DNA from: Leucoraja ocellata
Taxonomy: Eukaryota
NCBI GenBank assembly: GCA_036785375.1
Contig: JAWMAR010000194.1
Coordinates: 3,844,001-3,908,000, forward strand
Length of the DNA stretch: 64,000 bases
Reading direction: 5' to 3'
Shown piece by piece: positions 37,480 through 48,862 of this stretch; position 1 is the stretch's first letter; each line of letters opens with the position of its first letter. The position numbers and the translations under genes are program-made. A model generated the notes under the pieces. It searched no databases. It saw nothing but the letters and a program-made list of their open reading frames with translations, and was not told the origin of the DNA.

Positions 37480-37995
37480 GGACAGACTGAACTGTGTAAA
37501 CCTACCGACTCCCACAGCTATCTAGACTACACTTCCTGCCGCCTGCAAAGACTCTATCCCCTGCTCCCAATTCCTCAGTCTACGCTGCATCTGCGCCTAA
37601 GATGAGGTGTTCCATACAAGGACATCTGAGATGTCCTCATTCTTTCGGGAATGGGGGTTCCCTTCTATCACAGATAAGGTCCTTACTAGGGTCTCATCAA
37701 TATATTACAGCTCTGCTCTTGTTCCCCCTTCTCCCAGTTGCATCACGGACAGAGTCGCTCTTGTCCTCACCTGTCACCCAATCAGCAGTTGCACGCAACA
37801 CACAATCCTCTGACATTTTCGCCACCTCCAACAGGATCCCACCACGAGTCACATCTTCCCATCTCCAGGCCTTTCCGCAGAGACAGAGGTTCACTTGCAC
37901 CTCTTCCACCCTCATCTACTGTTTCCACTGTTCCAGGCGTGCTCGTATATGGCCGAGAGCAAGCGCAGGCTCGGCAATCGATTCACTGAACACAA
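37480..37995 (+). mobile_element. Penelope-like element ORF remnant
   Basis: KPTDSHSYLDYTS..CKDSIP.SQF..LRCIC and QRFTCTSSTLIYC.HCSR. Confidence 0.8.
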
Positions 37996-38449
37996 CCCCA
38001 CATAAATTGTCAAACCATTAAGTCTATAACATTTCATTAAGTTTTTAAACTTAAAAAGCAATCATTAGTATGCTCAAAGAAAATCGTATTTTACTATTTA
38101 TTGCCTCAGTTTAGTTTCCTCAGCGATATCACAGAGGGGCATTATCTGTGCCAGGTCCAACCTTGTGCTTTATAGTAAAGTGGTGCAGTTTGCTACCACT
38201 TCCCCACGTGGAGAAATTTGTGAGCCTCCCACTGCAATTTTGCATGATTGTACTCATGTGGAAATTTGATAAAATTCAATTGATTGGCACATGGTAAACA
38301 ATTATCCTGCAAGATCTGAGTGTTTTCTTCCGTGGAAGACGTAGCAGAATGAAGAACTCTGATGTATGGTGGGTTTTGTCTAGCCAGATAAAAGTTAAAT
38401 GTTTTACTGGGCAGTGGGATAACTTTTAATCAACCCTCTAAATCTGCAG

Positions 38450-38667
38450 CCATCAGAGTAAGCAAGGAAGCTTTAGAGAAGGTGATTGTCTCCAAGCGAA
38501 CATTAGAGGAAGCAACCAGCAATCTGCAGGGAAACCTGTCTGCTGTACGAACAGATCTCGGCAACACACTGAATGACGCAGCTTGCAAAGCACCAGGAAC
38601 TGTTGACCAATGTGATGACATAAGGGCTTCACTGGACACCATCAGCATCAATGCAAATTTTAGCCAG
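38450..38667 (+). CDS. PROM1: Prominin-1 exon, 218 nt, first large extracellular loop
   Basis: ctgcag|...|gtaggt; IRVSKEALEKVIVSKRTLEEATSNLQGNLSAVRTDLGNTLNDAACKAPGTVDQCDDIRASLDTISINANFSQ. Confidence 0.95.
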
Positions 38668-39162
38668 GTAGGTCCTTTTTAATCACCCATCACTGCTTAT
38701 TAATATCTCACTTGTTTGGTTTATAATTTGCACTTCAGCAATTGTTTTGCCTGCTCACCACTCCCAACCTACTCGTTTTGCTTTGGCTATGATGGCTCAT
38801 TTGTTTACTGAGCACAAACCAAACAACTACGAAATGTGAAAACTCTGAAGCAAGTTTGACGGGAACATATTTCCATGTAAGTTATTTAAAGGTCATATAG
38901 CACAGGAACAATCCTTTTGGCCCAAATGTCCATGAAGTCATGTGGGCCCATTTATATATTAACCCAATGCCAATTTATACTAATCCTGTCGAGATACTCT
39001 CAATGTTGTGAGCTTATCTGCCTCCAGTGGCTTCAGTGCTTCCTATAAGCAACAGTGCTCTTTGAGAAGTGCTTTATGGACTGTTAATATATTTGTCTTG
39101 GGTGCGATGTGGTTTCCAAGCTTTTGCTAATGTTTTTTAATTTTTTGCTTTGAATGCTTCAG

Positions 39163-39237
39163 TTAGATAATGTGGATTCTGAACTTGCCAAAGTGAACGA
39201 TGTGTTGAAAATTGACTTTGAAGACTTGATTCAGAAG
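39163..39237 (+). CDS. PROM1: Prominin-1 exon, 75 nt
   Basis: ttcag|...|gtaaac; LDNVDSELAKVNDVLKIDFEDLIQK. Confidence 0.94.
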
Positions 39238-39409
39238 GTAAACAGAACCTAATACTTTACAAACCAATTTTGTAATACTTCCAGCTCTATGATTTTTGTG
39301 CTCTTGGTGGTGTGGCTCTTTAGTTCACAATTTGCATGATTACAAATTAATGACGACGTTTTGCCTACTTTTGAAGCATATTTAATGGAGATAAAAGATT
39401 AGTCGTATA

Positions 39410-39900
39410 TTCCAAATAATGCAAATTATGGTTCTACGTTTCAAGTCCTGGAGGCTGCAACATGGACTGAAGGATGATGAAGCGCTGTTTCTCAGGCTTG
39501 CATTAGGCATCATTGGCCAGTGTACGAGACTAAGTGCAGAGAGGGCAGAGTGGGAATGAGATGGAAAATGAAAATAAAAGGCAACTGGAAATGAAAATAA
39601 AAGGCTGAGTCACCCCCTGTGGACTGAAGAGGAATTGTAAAAAGTATCACTCTAGTTTCTGTAAAGGAGGCTGCATTCTGAGTAACAAATACAATATACT
39701 TCGAAGTGCAAGTAAATTGTTCACCTGTAGTTGCCTGGTCCCTGTATAGTGGGAAGGAAAAATATAGAAGGGCAGTTAATGCATCTCTTGCAATTGTGTG
39801 GTAAAGCGAAATGAGAAGGGGAAGGACTGGTGGAAATGGAGGAATGGTCCAAGAGGTTTCCCCTGGTCTTCCCGACCAACCATCCAGCAATCTGCATAGT
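39410..39900 (-). mobile_element. Degenerate Penelope-like remnant
   Basis: Reverse QFTCTSKYIV reading and terminal sequence similar to 18460-18770. Confidence 0.5.
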
Positions 39901-40326
39901 ACATCCAAGTGAAGTGGCAAATCATTTGCTCTTCCAAGTTAATGCACCAACCACCAAACTTTGAACTGTCCTACATTATATACATTATTATTATTAATGT
40001 ATATAAACTGAGGAAAAATTCAGGATTTCTTGTAAATCTTAAAGACTTTTTAAAGTTTTTGTTTCATTCTTCATCAATATAGTCTCAACTCAGCTGATTT
40101 TCCATTCAATTCAAATATACTGATCTGCATTTTGTTCTCTGTCCTTTTCACTCCTTCTGCTGTTGCTTAAAGTCAGCATTGCTTGCACCGTTCACTTATC
40201 TCACTGCAATCTTTTCATCCTGTGCTTCCAGCAATTTGCAACATGTAAAAACATGAAAAGCTTGCTTTGCCGAGGGAATTCAGGCTAACAGAAACCATGA
40301 TCACACCAACAGTAAAAATGATAGCT

Positions 40327-40549
40327 TGTAGCGGCGCCTGCTGGCGCACGCAATATCGAACCCGGGGTTCGGAAGCTGCAGTCACGTGACTCGGGAGGGG
40401 TTGTTGTTTTCGTGCTGTTAAGCTTTCGCGCCACAGTGGTTTTGCTAACCACCGTTGTGATCAGACGTGTATGCATAGACCTGTTGACTAAGGAGCGAGT
40501 GTTCAATAAAGATCGTTCAGAAAACGTTGTCGTTTCTGCATCCGCTAAA
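40327..40549 (+). repeat. 5' LTR
   Basis: tgtagcgg...ccgctaaa with AATAAA at 40505; direct repeat of 44935-45160. Confidence 0.95.
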
Positions 40550-40550
40550 T

Positions 40551-40563
40551 TGGTGACCCCGAC
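40551..40563 (+). promoter_or_regulatory. Primer-binding site complementary to the tRNA-Trp 3' end
   Basis: TGGTGACCCCGAC immediately after the 5' LTR. Confidence 0.8.
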
Positions 40564-41687
40564 TTGTCTAGCTGTCGTTAGACAGGGATCATGCTGGAGG
40601 ACTACTTCCCGCAGAATCGGCCGGCACGATGGCAGGGCTCACCGGGCTACAAGCTGCCTTCATTTTGACCCGATCAACCTCGGGTTCAGTTTCATCTGCA
40701 CAGGATCATAGCGGATGACACGATGTATTTTCACGTGGTGGGAGCACTGCCACAGGACTGTGCCGCGAGGCTGCTGCCGTATATCAGAGACCCGTCGACG
40801 ATAGCCAAATACGAGGGTTTGAAGGCACTTTTGCTACATATCTTCGGTCTCAGCCGTAGAGACAGGGTGGCGAAGATCATCCACATGGACAGTGTCGGCG
40901 ATAGGCATCCGTCCACCATCATGGCAAAGTTGCTGGCCCTGATGGACGGGCATCGTCCGTGTTTGTTGTTCGAGCAAGCGTTCCTGGAGCGGATGCCGGA
41001 CGAAGTCCGCTTAATGCTCGCCGGGGCCGACTTCAGCACCTCGCAGAGAGAGTCGACGAGTTGTGGACCCACAGACGGCGGGACGTTTGTTCATTCACCC
41101 ACCCCACTGCCACGGCTAGGGTGCAACCGAGAAGACATCGGGACGAAGGTCAGGATTCGCCCAGCGCTGAAGAAGCGTCGCCGCAGCCAGAGATGTACAG
41201 CCGACGCCTTTGGTGTTATCACCATGTCCATTACGGTGTCGAGGCCCCTGCTCGTTTCAGGGAAATGCCACAGCCGATCGCCCATAGAGGCGAACCCGAT
41301 CGGCACGAACGAATGCCTCTACATCCGTGATCGCCACTCCGGCCACTGTTTCTTGGTCGACTCTGGTGCCATTGCCAGCATCCTGCCACCAACTGCCCAT
41401 GATACCTGCATCGGTCAGGTAGGACCCGTCCTCTCGGCTATTAACAGGAGCGACATTCGAACTTATGGCGCGCAGACCCCTGACTTAAATTTCGACTCCC
41501 ACCCATATAGGTGTTAGTCGATATGCGAGGCGGGCGAATGGTTTCGTTGTCGGACCTGTGCCCTGCCGACTGTTAACATTTCCACAGCAACCCGACGAGG
41601 TCGCTGAGATCCAGCAACCTTTCGCAGCCCTTCTAGCCGAGTTCCCAGGGTTGCTCACGCCCCGGTTCGACGGGGCTGTGCCTCGTC

Positions 41688-44130
41688 ATGGCGTGGTCCC
41701 CCACATTCACCCCCGCGTGTGCTGCCTCCCACCCGATAAACTGCGCATCGCATGAGACGATTTCCAGCTTATGGAAGACATGGGGATTGTCCGGCGGGTC
41801 GGATAGCCCTTGGGCTTCCCCTCTCCATATGGTGCCCAAAGAGTCCGGGGGATGGAGACCATGCGGTGATTACAGGCGTTCAATAGCGGTAACCACAGCA
41901 GATTGGTACCCAGTCCCGAACATCCAAAATTTCTCGGCTCATTTGGAGAGCGCCGCGTTCTTCTCGAAGGTCGACCTGGTCCGTGGGTATAATCAGATCC
42001 CGGTCCATCCTGACGATGTCCCTAAGACGGCCACCATCACCCCTTTCGGCCTTTTCGAATGGCTAAGAATGCCTTTTGGCCTGAGGAACGCCGCTCAAGC
42101 GTTCCAAAGGTTAATGGATCAGGTCGGGCGGGGTTTGCCGTTCATATTCATCTACCTCGATGATATTCTGGTGGCCAGCAGCTCACAGGCTGAACACGTT
42201 AGGCACCTCCGCCTGCTCTTCGAACGGCTACGTAAGCACGGGTTGGTGATCAACCCCGCGAAGTGCCAGTTCGGATTGCGCTCCATCTCCTTTTTAGGTC
42301 ACAGGGTAACCTGCCACGCGCACAGCCGCTGCTTGAGGAGGTCGACGCAATCCTTCGTTTCCTGAGGCCACTATCCGTCAAGGGCCTGCACGAATTAATC
42401 GGAATGGTCAATTTCTACCACCGATTTGTCCCGTCAGCGGCTGCCATCGTGTGGCCGTTGTTCCAATGTCTGCCCGACAAGTCCAAGAACCTGGTTTGTT
42501 CCAGGGAGGCTGGTACAGCTTTCGAGGGGGCTAAGACCGCGCTGGCCAACACCACCATGCTGGTACACCCGAGGGCATCAGCCCTCACAGCTCTCACCGT
42601 GGACGCATCGGACGTCGCCGTGGGTGTTGTCCTTGAGCAGCGGGTAGATAACCGTTGGCTGCCGCCGGCGTTTTTCAGCAGGCAGCTGCGGGCCCCGGTG
42701 ATCAAGTACAGCGCTTTCAATCGGGAGCTCCTCGCGCTTTACCTAGCGATCCGATATTTCCGTTATTTCCTAGAGGGCCGCACGGACCACAAGCCGCCCC
42801 CTTTCGCTTTGAATAAGGTGTCTGACCCCTGGTCTGCCAGGCAACAGCGGCACCTCGCCTACATATCCGAATTTGTGTCTGACATTCGGCATGTGGCGGG
42901 GAAGCTGAACGTTGTGGCCGACGCGCTCTCCCGTCCGGCGGTCCCTGAGGTTTCCGCTTTAAACCTAGGTGTGGATTATGCGGAGCTGGCAGCAGCTCAA
43001 AGGGCTGACGCCGGAATGGAGAGTTACCGCAATGTTGAATCATGACTCAAGCTGACTGAAGTGCCTTGCGGCGCTGCAGGCGTGTGAGTCATTTGCGATG
43101 TCTCAACGGGTAAAGCTCGCCCGATCTTCCCGATTGCCTGGAGGCGTCGGATTGTCGACACCATCCACAGCCTAGCTCACCCGTCCATTCACGCCACCTC
43201 GGGCCTGGTTGCTTCCAAGTTCGTCTGGCACGGGTTACGAAAGCAGGTCGCAGCATGGGCCCGCTCTTGTATCCCCTGTCAGACTTCCAAGGTGCAGAGG
43301 CATGTGCGCCCGCCCGTGCAGGATTTCGCTGTTCCAGACGGCAGGTTCGTGCACATCCATGTTGACCTGGTGGGTCCCTTGCCGTGTTTGCGAGGGGCTA
43401 CTCACCTACTGACTATCGTGGACAGGTTTACCAGGTGGGCGGAGACAATACCGTTAACCGATGCCTCAGCTGAGGCTTGTGCGCTGGCTATCGTCTCACA
43501 TTGGATCGCTCGTTTTGGGGTCCCTTCAGATATTACTACTGATCGAGGGGCCCAGTTCATGTCCTCCCTTTGGTGTGGTATGGCGTAGCTGTATGGGCCG
43601 AAGTTACACCAGACCACCACATATCATCCGTAGTCGAATGGGTCAGTCGAGCGGTTTCACAGACACCTCGTCGGCGTTGAAGGCCCGGTTCACTAGCCCC
43701 GATTGGGTTGACCAGTTGCCCTGGATTCTCCTAGGCATCAGAACTACGCCTAAGGAGGACCTCAATGCCTCCTCGGCCGAGCTGGTTTACGGCTCGGTTT
43801 TGCGAGTACCTGGGGATTTTCTGCCCATCCCCCGGGATCAGGAGATCCCAGCTTCGGTGGTGATAGCTGACCTTCGCGAGCGGGCGCGCACATTGGTCCC
43901 GGTCCCCACCACCCGACATGGGTCTCCGTGGTGCATGTGCCTACTATGTTACGGGATTGTGCTTGTGTTTTCCTTCGTAGGGATGCTCACCGCTCAACAT
44001 TACAGCGGGTGTACGAAGGATCGTACAAGGTATTAGCGACTGGTACCTCGACGTTCACGTTGAACATGGGTGGCAGGGAGGAGTTCGTCTCCTTCAGCCG
44101 GCTTAAGCCAGCACAAGTCGATGAGGATAG
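41688..44130 (+). pseudogene. Gypsy pol (RT, RNase H, integrase), frameshifted
   Basis: ORFs 41688-42365, 42263-43045, 43292-43588 and 43928 onward carry the successive domains in different frames. Confidence 0.92.
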
Positions 44131-44285
44131 CCCGGTGTGGCCACTCCGCGGCGTAGAGGGCATCCACCGGCCGTTTTGCCGCCCTCTGCACCTGTTACCC
44201 CCGGTTATTTCACCGGTCCCCTCTGTTACGCTCGTTTGGGTTTGTCGCGCCCCTCCGGTTCTGTTATTGCCGGCCCCGAATGTTA

Positions 44286-44842
44286 AGGGCCTGTTCCACC
44301 AGCATGCGATTGCATGTGTCTAGCCGACCATACGTGGTCGCTTGTAGCATACGGCCTCGCGGGGCCGGTCCCAATTCGAACCGTGGAGGCGTATGGAATT
44401 TTCCAGGGATGGTCCCGACATCATACTCACCAATCAGTTGGGCAGGAGGCGGGCCAATTGAATTTGGATGTCGCACGGCGTTGGGCGGTGACGTCATCGC
44501 GCAACGCCATGCGCTAGACGTACGCCGTCAAGATTGCACGATGACGTCACCGCCCGACGCCGTGCGACGTCCAAATTCAGTTGGCCCACCTCCTGCCCAG
44601 CTGATTGGTGAGTATGATGTCGGGACCAGCCCCGCACAACTCCATACGCCCGTCGAGGCGTTGCGTACGGCCTCAATGCGGATGCGGGCCGATTGATTTT
44701 TAGAGCCTCACTGATTTTTGGAGCCCCACTCGATGTCGGGACCAGCCCCGTACAACTCCATACGCCTCCGCCGATCGAAGTGGGACTGGCCCCGCGAGGC
44801 CGTACGCCGCAAGCGACCACGTTTGGTGGTGGGACAGGTCCT
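44286..44842. mobile_element. Harbinger-type MITE nested in the Gypsy 3' region
   Basis: TTA|agggcctgttccacc ... ggtgggacaggtcct|TTA; long internal inverted repeats. Confidence 0.9.
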
Positions 44843-44934
44843 TTACGCTCGCCCTGCGTCCTCGGACTGTGCGTTTCGGTCGAACCGTCCGGTTACCCGT
44901 GCGTTTCCGTGCCGCGGATTTTGGGGGAGGGCCA

Positions 44935-45160
44935 TGTAGCGGCGCCTGCTGGTGCATGCAGATATCGAACCCGGTGTTCGGAAGCCGTGATCACGTGACT
45001 CGGGCGGGGCTGCTGTTTTCGCGTGGTTTCGCTTTCGCGCACAGTTGTTTTGCTGACCACCGTTGTGATCAGATGTGCATGAATAGACCTGTTGACTAAG
45101 GAGCGAGTGTTTAATAAAGATCGTTCGGAAAACTTAGTCGTTGTTTCTGCATCCGCTAAA
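44935..45160 (+). repeat. 3' LTR
   Basis: Follows the PPT; tgtagcgg...ccgctaaa with AATAAA at 45113. Confidence 0.95.
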
Positions 45161-46294
45161 AGCTGACTATGTTGAACAGTCCGTGGGACAAGTCTCCTTC
45201 ACTTTGGAATGATTGTTGTGTTAACTTTATTGCAGTACAAGCTCTGCTCTGGGAAGTGTCTTACTTCTCACCAAGAAATAATTCAACTTGCACCAGTGTT
45301 TATTCGTATAGAAGTTGGATGAGTCTGAGCCTTAGTGTTGTAATATGCTAATCTGTCACTGCATTAAATACAGTTGAATTGTGCTGATATAATTTAAAAA
45401 TATTCTATGATTTTATGTTTGTGAAGTTGAGAAAAAGTTGGCAAACATGGGCACAGTCATGGTTGAGCTTGTGGATAGAGCAGCATCTCATTCAGTAAAT
45501 TCTATAAACCCAGGCTTTCGAAAATCAGATTGGAGGATATGCGTCTCTTCACGTTAAAGAAAATTTCCACTATTATTCAACGGATTATTTTTTTCCTTGA
45601 ATAAGAGTGGCAGTATTCCGTAGCTTGACTAATGAGTGTGGTTGGCATTTTGCAATGTGTTGGCTAGCTTTGTGGTAGGGACTGATAGCCTTTAGGAATT
45701 GAGTTACATTGAACTAAACTCATTTACAAAAAATCGTTTCCTGCACACCGAACAATTGTTATCCCAGCCAATATGAGGAAAGGGCAACACTTGTGCCTCT
45801 TGACCAACATTAAACATTTATTTTGTAACTATCATCAAATTATGCAGAACCAAGAAATTTGTGGTTTTTGTTGCATTTTCTCATAGCAGATTTTATTTTT
45901 TCTGGGATAAATTCAATTATCTTGATTTAAAAAAAAAACAAAAAAACATCTTTGCTGTCAAGGCCAAGATGTGTGACTGATTGTCCTATGAACGCTGAAC
46001 AGCAGGTCATGCTGTGATGGTGCTATCATTGCAGTGTGTGGGAGTTCCAAGATACAGATCATGTGGTAGTGTAGAAATTATGTATTTCTGTGTCTGAATG
46101 GTTATTGATTAGAAACGCAGATATCGTTGCATGTATTGTTTTTTGAAGTTCCCAACACTATTGGACATTGGATTCCACATTGAAAGAACACTGAGCTGTG
46201 ACGAAAATAAAGCAGCTTTCTCCCAAATATATTTTTATGACGATAAGTTATATCAAATATTTATATTCATGTTAATTTATTTGTATCTTTCTAG

Positions 46295-46358
46295 GGACAT
46301 GCATCATTTAACAAAACTCCAGAAATAATTGAAACTGAAACCAAGGCAGTTTCAGCAG
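46295..46358 (+). CDS. PROM1: Prominin-1 exon, 64 nt
   Basis: tctag|...|gtagtt; GHASFNKTPEIIETETKAVSA. Confidence 0.93.
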
Positions 46359-46485
46359 GTAGTTACAGAAAAATCAACTTTCTATACTATGCATTTACTA
46401 TATGTCTATTACTACAAAATTAGCTAATAGATGTAGCCAATGAATGAAGAATTTTATATTGTTTATCCAATTAATGTCTCTTTTT

Positions 46486-47127
46486 AAAAGGTATCGAAGG
46501 TCTGTTCTTGTCACATGTACCAATTAAGGTACAGTGATATGCGAATTACCATACAGCCATAGGGGAAAAAAAAGCAACAAGACACAACTACATAAGTTAA
46601 CATAAACATCCACCACAGCGAATTCCCCACATTCCTCACTGTGATGGAAGGCAAAAAAGTCCAATCTTCTTCCTCTTTATTCTCCCGCGGTCAAGGCAGT
46701 CGCACCATCCGTCAGCGCGATCGAAACTCCCGCATCGGGGGGGTTGTAACTCCCGCGGCTTGGAGTTCCCGAAGTCGGTCTCTGACCAGAGACTGCGGGC
46801 TCCGTGGTGTTAAGTCCGCAAGCACCCATGGTTGGAGCTTGGCAAAGGGATTGCGAGCTCCGCGATCCACAGGCGACCGCGGTGGAGCTCTCAAAATAGG
46901 TCTCCAGCAGAATCCGCCAACTCCTCAATGTTGGTCCGCAGTGCGGAAGCAGATACGATACGGAAAAAAATCGCATCTCTGTTGAGGTAAGAGATTAGAA
47001 AAAGTTACCCCTCACCCCGCACATAAAACAAGCTAAAGAACATAAAAAATGTATAACACATACAATTAAAACACAAAGAAGCAAAGAACAGGCAGATTCT
47101 TGGTGAGGCAGCCATTGCTGGTGCCAC
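46486..47127 (-). mobile_element. Non-autonomous retroposon with Rex/L2-like 3' tail and CpG-rich core
   Basis: Minus-strand tail atggctgtatggtaattcgcatatcactgtacc..catgtgacaag; no coding capacity recognised; family assignment tentative. Confidence 0.55.
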
Positions 47128-47147
47128 TTAACTTTGCATTTCTGCAG

Positions 47148-47156
47148 CACTTCCTC
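47148..47156 (+). CDS. PROM1: Candidate prominin-1 9-nt microexon (adds ALP and changes the next codon from D to H)
   Basis: tttgcatttctgcag|CACTTCCTC|gtaagt; consensus acceptor and donor 9 nt apart; phase 1-1. Confidence 0.72.
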
Positions 47157-47643
47157 GTAAGTTTAAGCAAATATTAAGTGCAGTATGTAACATCTGTGAC
47201 ATACTGTATCTTTTTGTGTTTGTCTGCCATGTGCCAGTGTCATTTTTCTAATTGCATAGCAATCTATTCGCAGAAGTTATACCTCCCTAGTAAATTTTCA
47301 AGTCTCAATCTGAATTTGTATAGTATTTAAATGTGCTGACCTGCTAATTTGGGATGGAAAATGAAACTGTATACTCCAGGGCAGTTCAATAATTTGCTTT
47401 TACTAAGTAGAAATTGAGATCTCATCAACTCCATAGAAACTTTACGTAAAACACCCACTTGCATTGTTTCCAGAAATAATGTTTTGGCTTCTATCTATCA
47501 TACACTAAGTGTGCATTGCCACATGTTATGTGCTCTCCATATAGGGTGCATTTTCACGAGTCTGCTCCATTTTTAGTAGTTTCAGTGACAGAAAGTGTGT
47601 GCAAGGAACCATGCAGTTTGTAACATTTTTCTTTTCCTTTCAG

Positions 47644-47803
47644 ATGTAAAGAAGGTTCTCAATGATGTTGGTAATATGGTTTCGGATTTCAGTAAGAAAC
47701 CAGCTATTGATGACGTGATCAATACTTCTACTGCATATCTCAATCAGGGTCAGAGATATTTTCTTGAGTATCTTCCTTATTTGGAAAAGTACGATTTCTA
47801 CAG
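47644..47803 (+). CDS. PROM1: Prominin-1 exon, 160 nt
   Basis: ttcag|...|gtaggt; VKKVLNDVGNMVSDFSKKPAIDDVINTSTAYLNQGQRYFLEYLPYLEKYDFYR. Confidence 0.95.
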
Positions 47804-48429
47804 GTAGGTTTTATTTCAGAAAAGTATTGCTGAAAATTTGAAATTAACAGTTCATTTGAATATTCAGTTCAGTCAGGTTGTTTGGCCAGCAGAGCTTAAC
47901 TTTCACATCAATGATTGATGATTTGATCAATTCTGAATAAATGTCTAGTTGAAACAGTAACTCCTACTTCACAGACTGATTGGGTATTTCCAGCATTGTT
48001 TTCCTTCAGCTTTTAATGCAGTCCAACCTTAAATGCCGAGTCATGACTGTTTGTGAAATGTTTGCAATTTAATTAACTTGCACATGGTTTGGTTTTTCCA
48101 AATGTGCTTGTGCCGACATGAAGAGAGTAATCGGTAAATCTCATTTATGGTCACAGCATGGAAGATTACAAGAATGCTTTTTAACAATGGTGAGGTGTCT
48201 CTTAACTTTAGTTTAAAAATGTGTATCGCCACGAATGCCACCAATTATGTGATGTGAACCTCTGCGCAAAAGTTGAAAACAGAACTGATTTCTGACCTGT
48301 ATATTCAGTATGAAGAATGATCCCGACCTAAAAGTCACTTATCCATGTTATCCAGAGATGCTGAATTACTTCAGCAACGTGTGTTCTGTAAACCATCATC
48401 TTCCTTGCGTCTATCCTTTTTTTTTATAG

Positions 48430-48582
48430 ATGGCTCGGTGGAATTGCACTCTGCTGTTCAGTTGTGCTTATACTTACTTTCAACTACCTTGGTTTGCTGT
48501 GTGGATCCTGCGGCTTTGACAAGCATGCTTCGCCAACCACCAGAGGCTGTGTATCCAACACGGGAGGCACCCTTCTTTTAGC
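48430..48582 (+). CDS. PROM1: Prominin-1 exon, 153 nt: TM3 and second cytoplasmic loop
   Basis: tatag|...|gtaagc; [50 protein letters not shown]. Confidence 0.97.
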
Positions 48583-48738
48583 GTAAGCAAAATGTCAAAA
48601 ATATTGCAGTCGCCTTGATTGCCAGTACATGGTACAGATTTTTGTAGTAAAGATTGTGTCTTTAAGGTTTATTTCCAATTCCCAATATTTATTAGGAACT
48701 TTATAACGTCTTAACTCTAATTCTGCCATTTATTTTAG

Positions 48739-48862
48739 TGGTGTTGGGGTCAGCTTCATCTTCTCCTGGCTTTTGATGCTGGTAGTTGTGGTCACATTTC
48801 TTGCAGGAGGAAATGTAGAAAGACTCAGCTGTCAGTCTTTTAAAGACAAGAGTTTATTTAAG
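48739..48862 (+). CDS. PROM1: Prominin-1 exon, 124 nt: TM4
   Basis: tttag|...|gtaatg; GVGVSFIFSWLLMLVVVVTFLAGGNVERLSCQSFKDKSLFK. Confidence 0.97.

Larger units (their letters stand above)
40327..45160 (+). mobile_element. Full-length but mutated Gypsy LTR retrotransposon
   Basis: LTRs at 40327-40549 and 44935-45160; AGCT TSD (40323-26 and 45161-64); PBS; PPT ttgggggaggg; gag, protease LVDSGA, RT YLDD, RNase H VDASD and integrase HVDLVGP..DRGAQF, with stops and frameshifts. Confidence 0.97.

Noticed and set aside
44264-45099. Mirror-image ORFs on both strands with repeated peptides
   Set aside because: A by-product of the MITE's inverted repeats and the GC-rich LTR.
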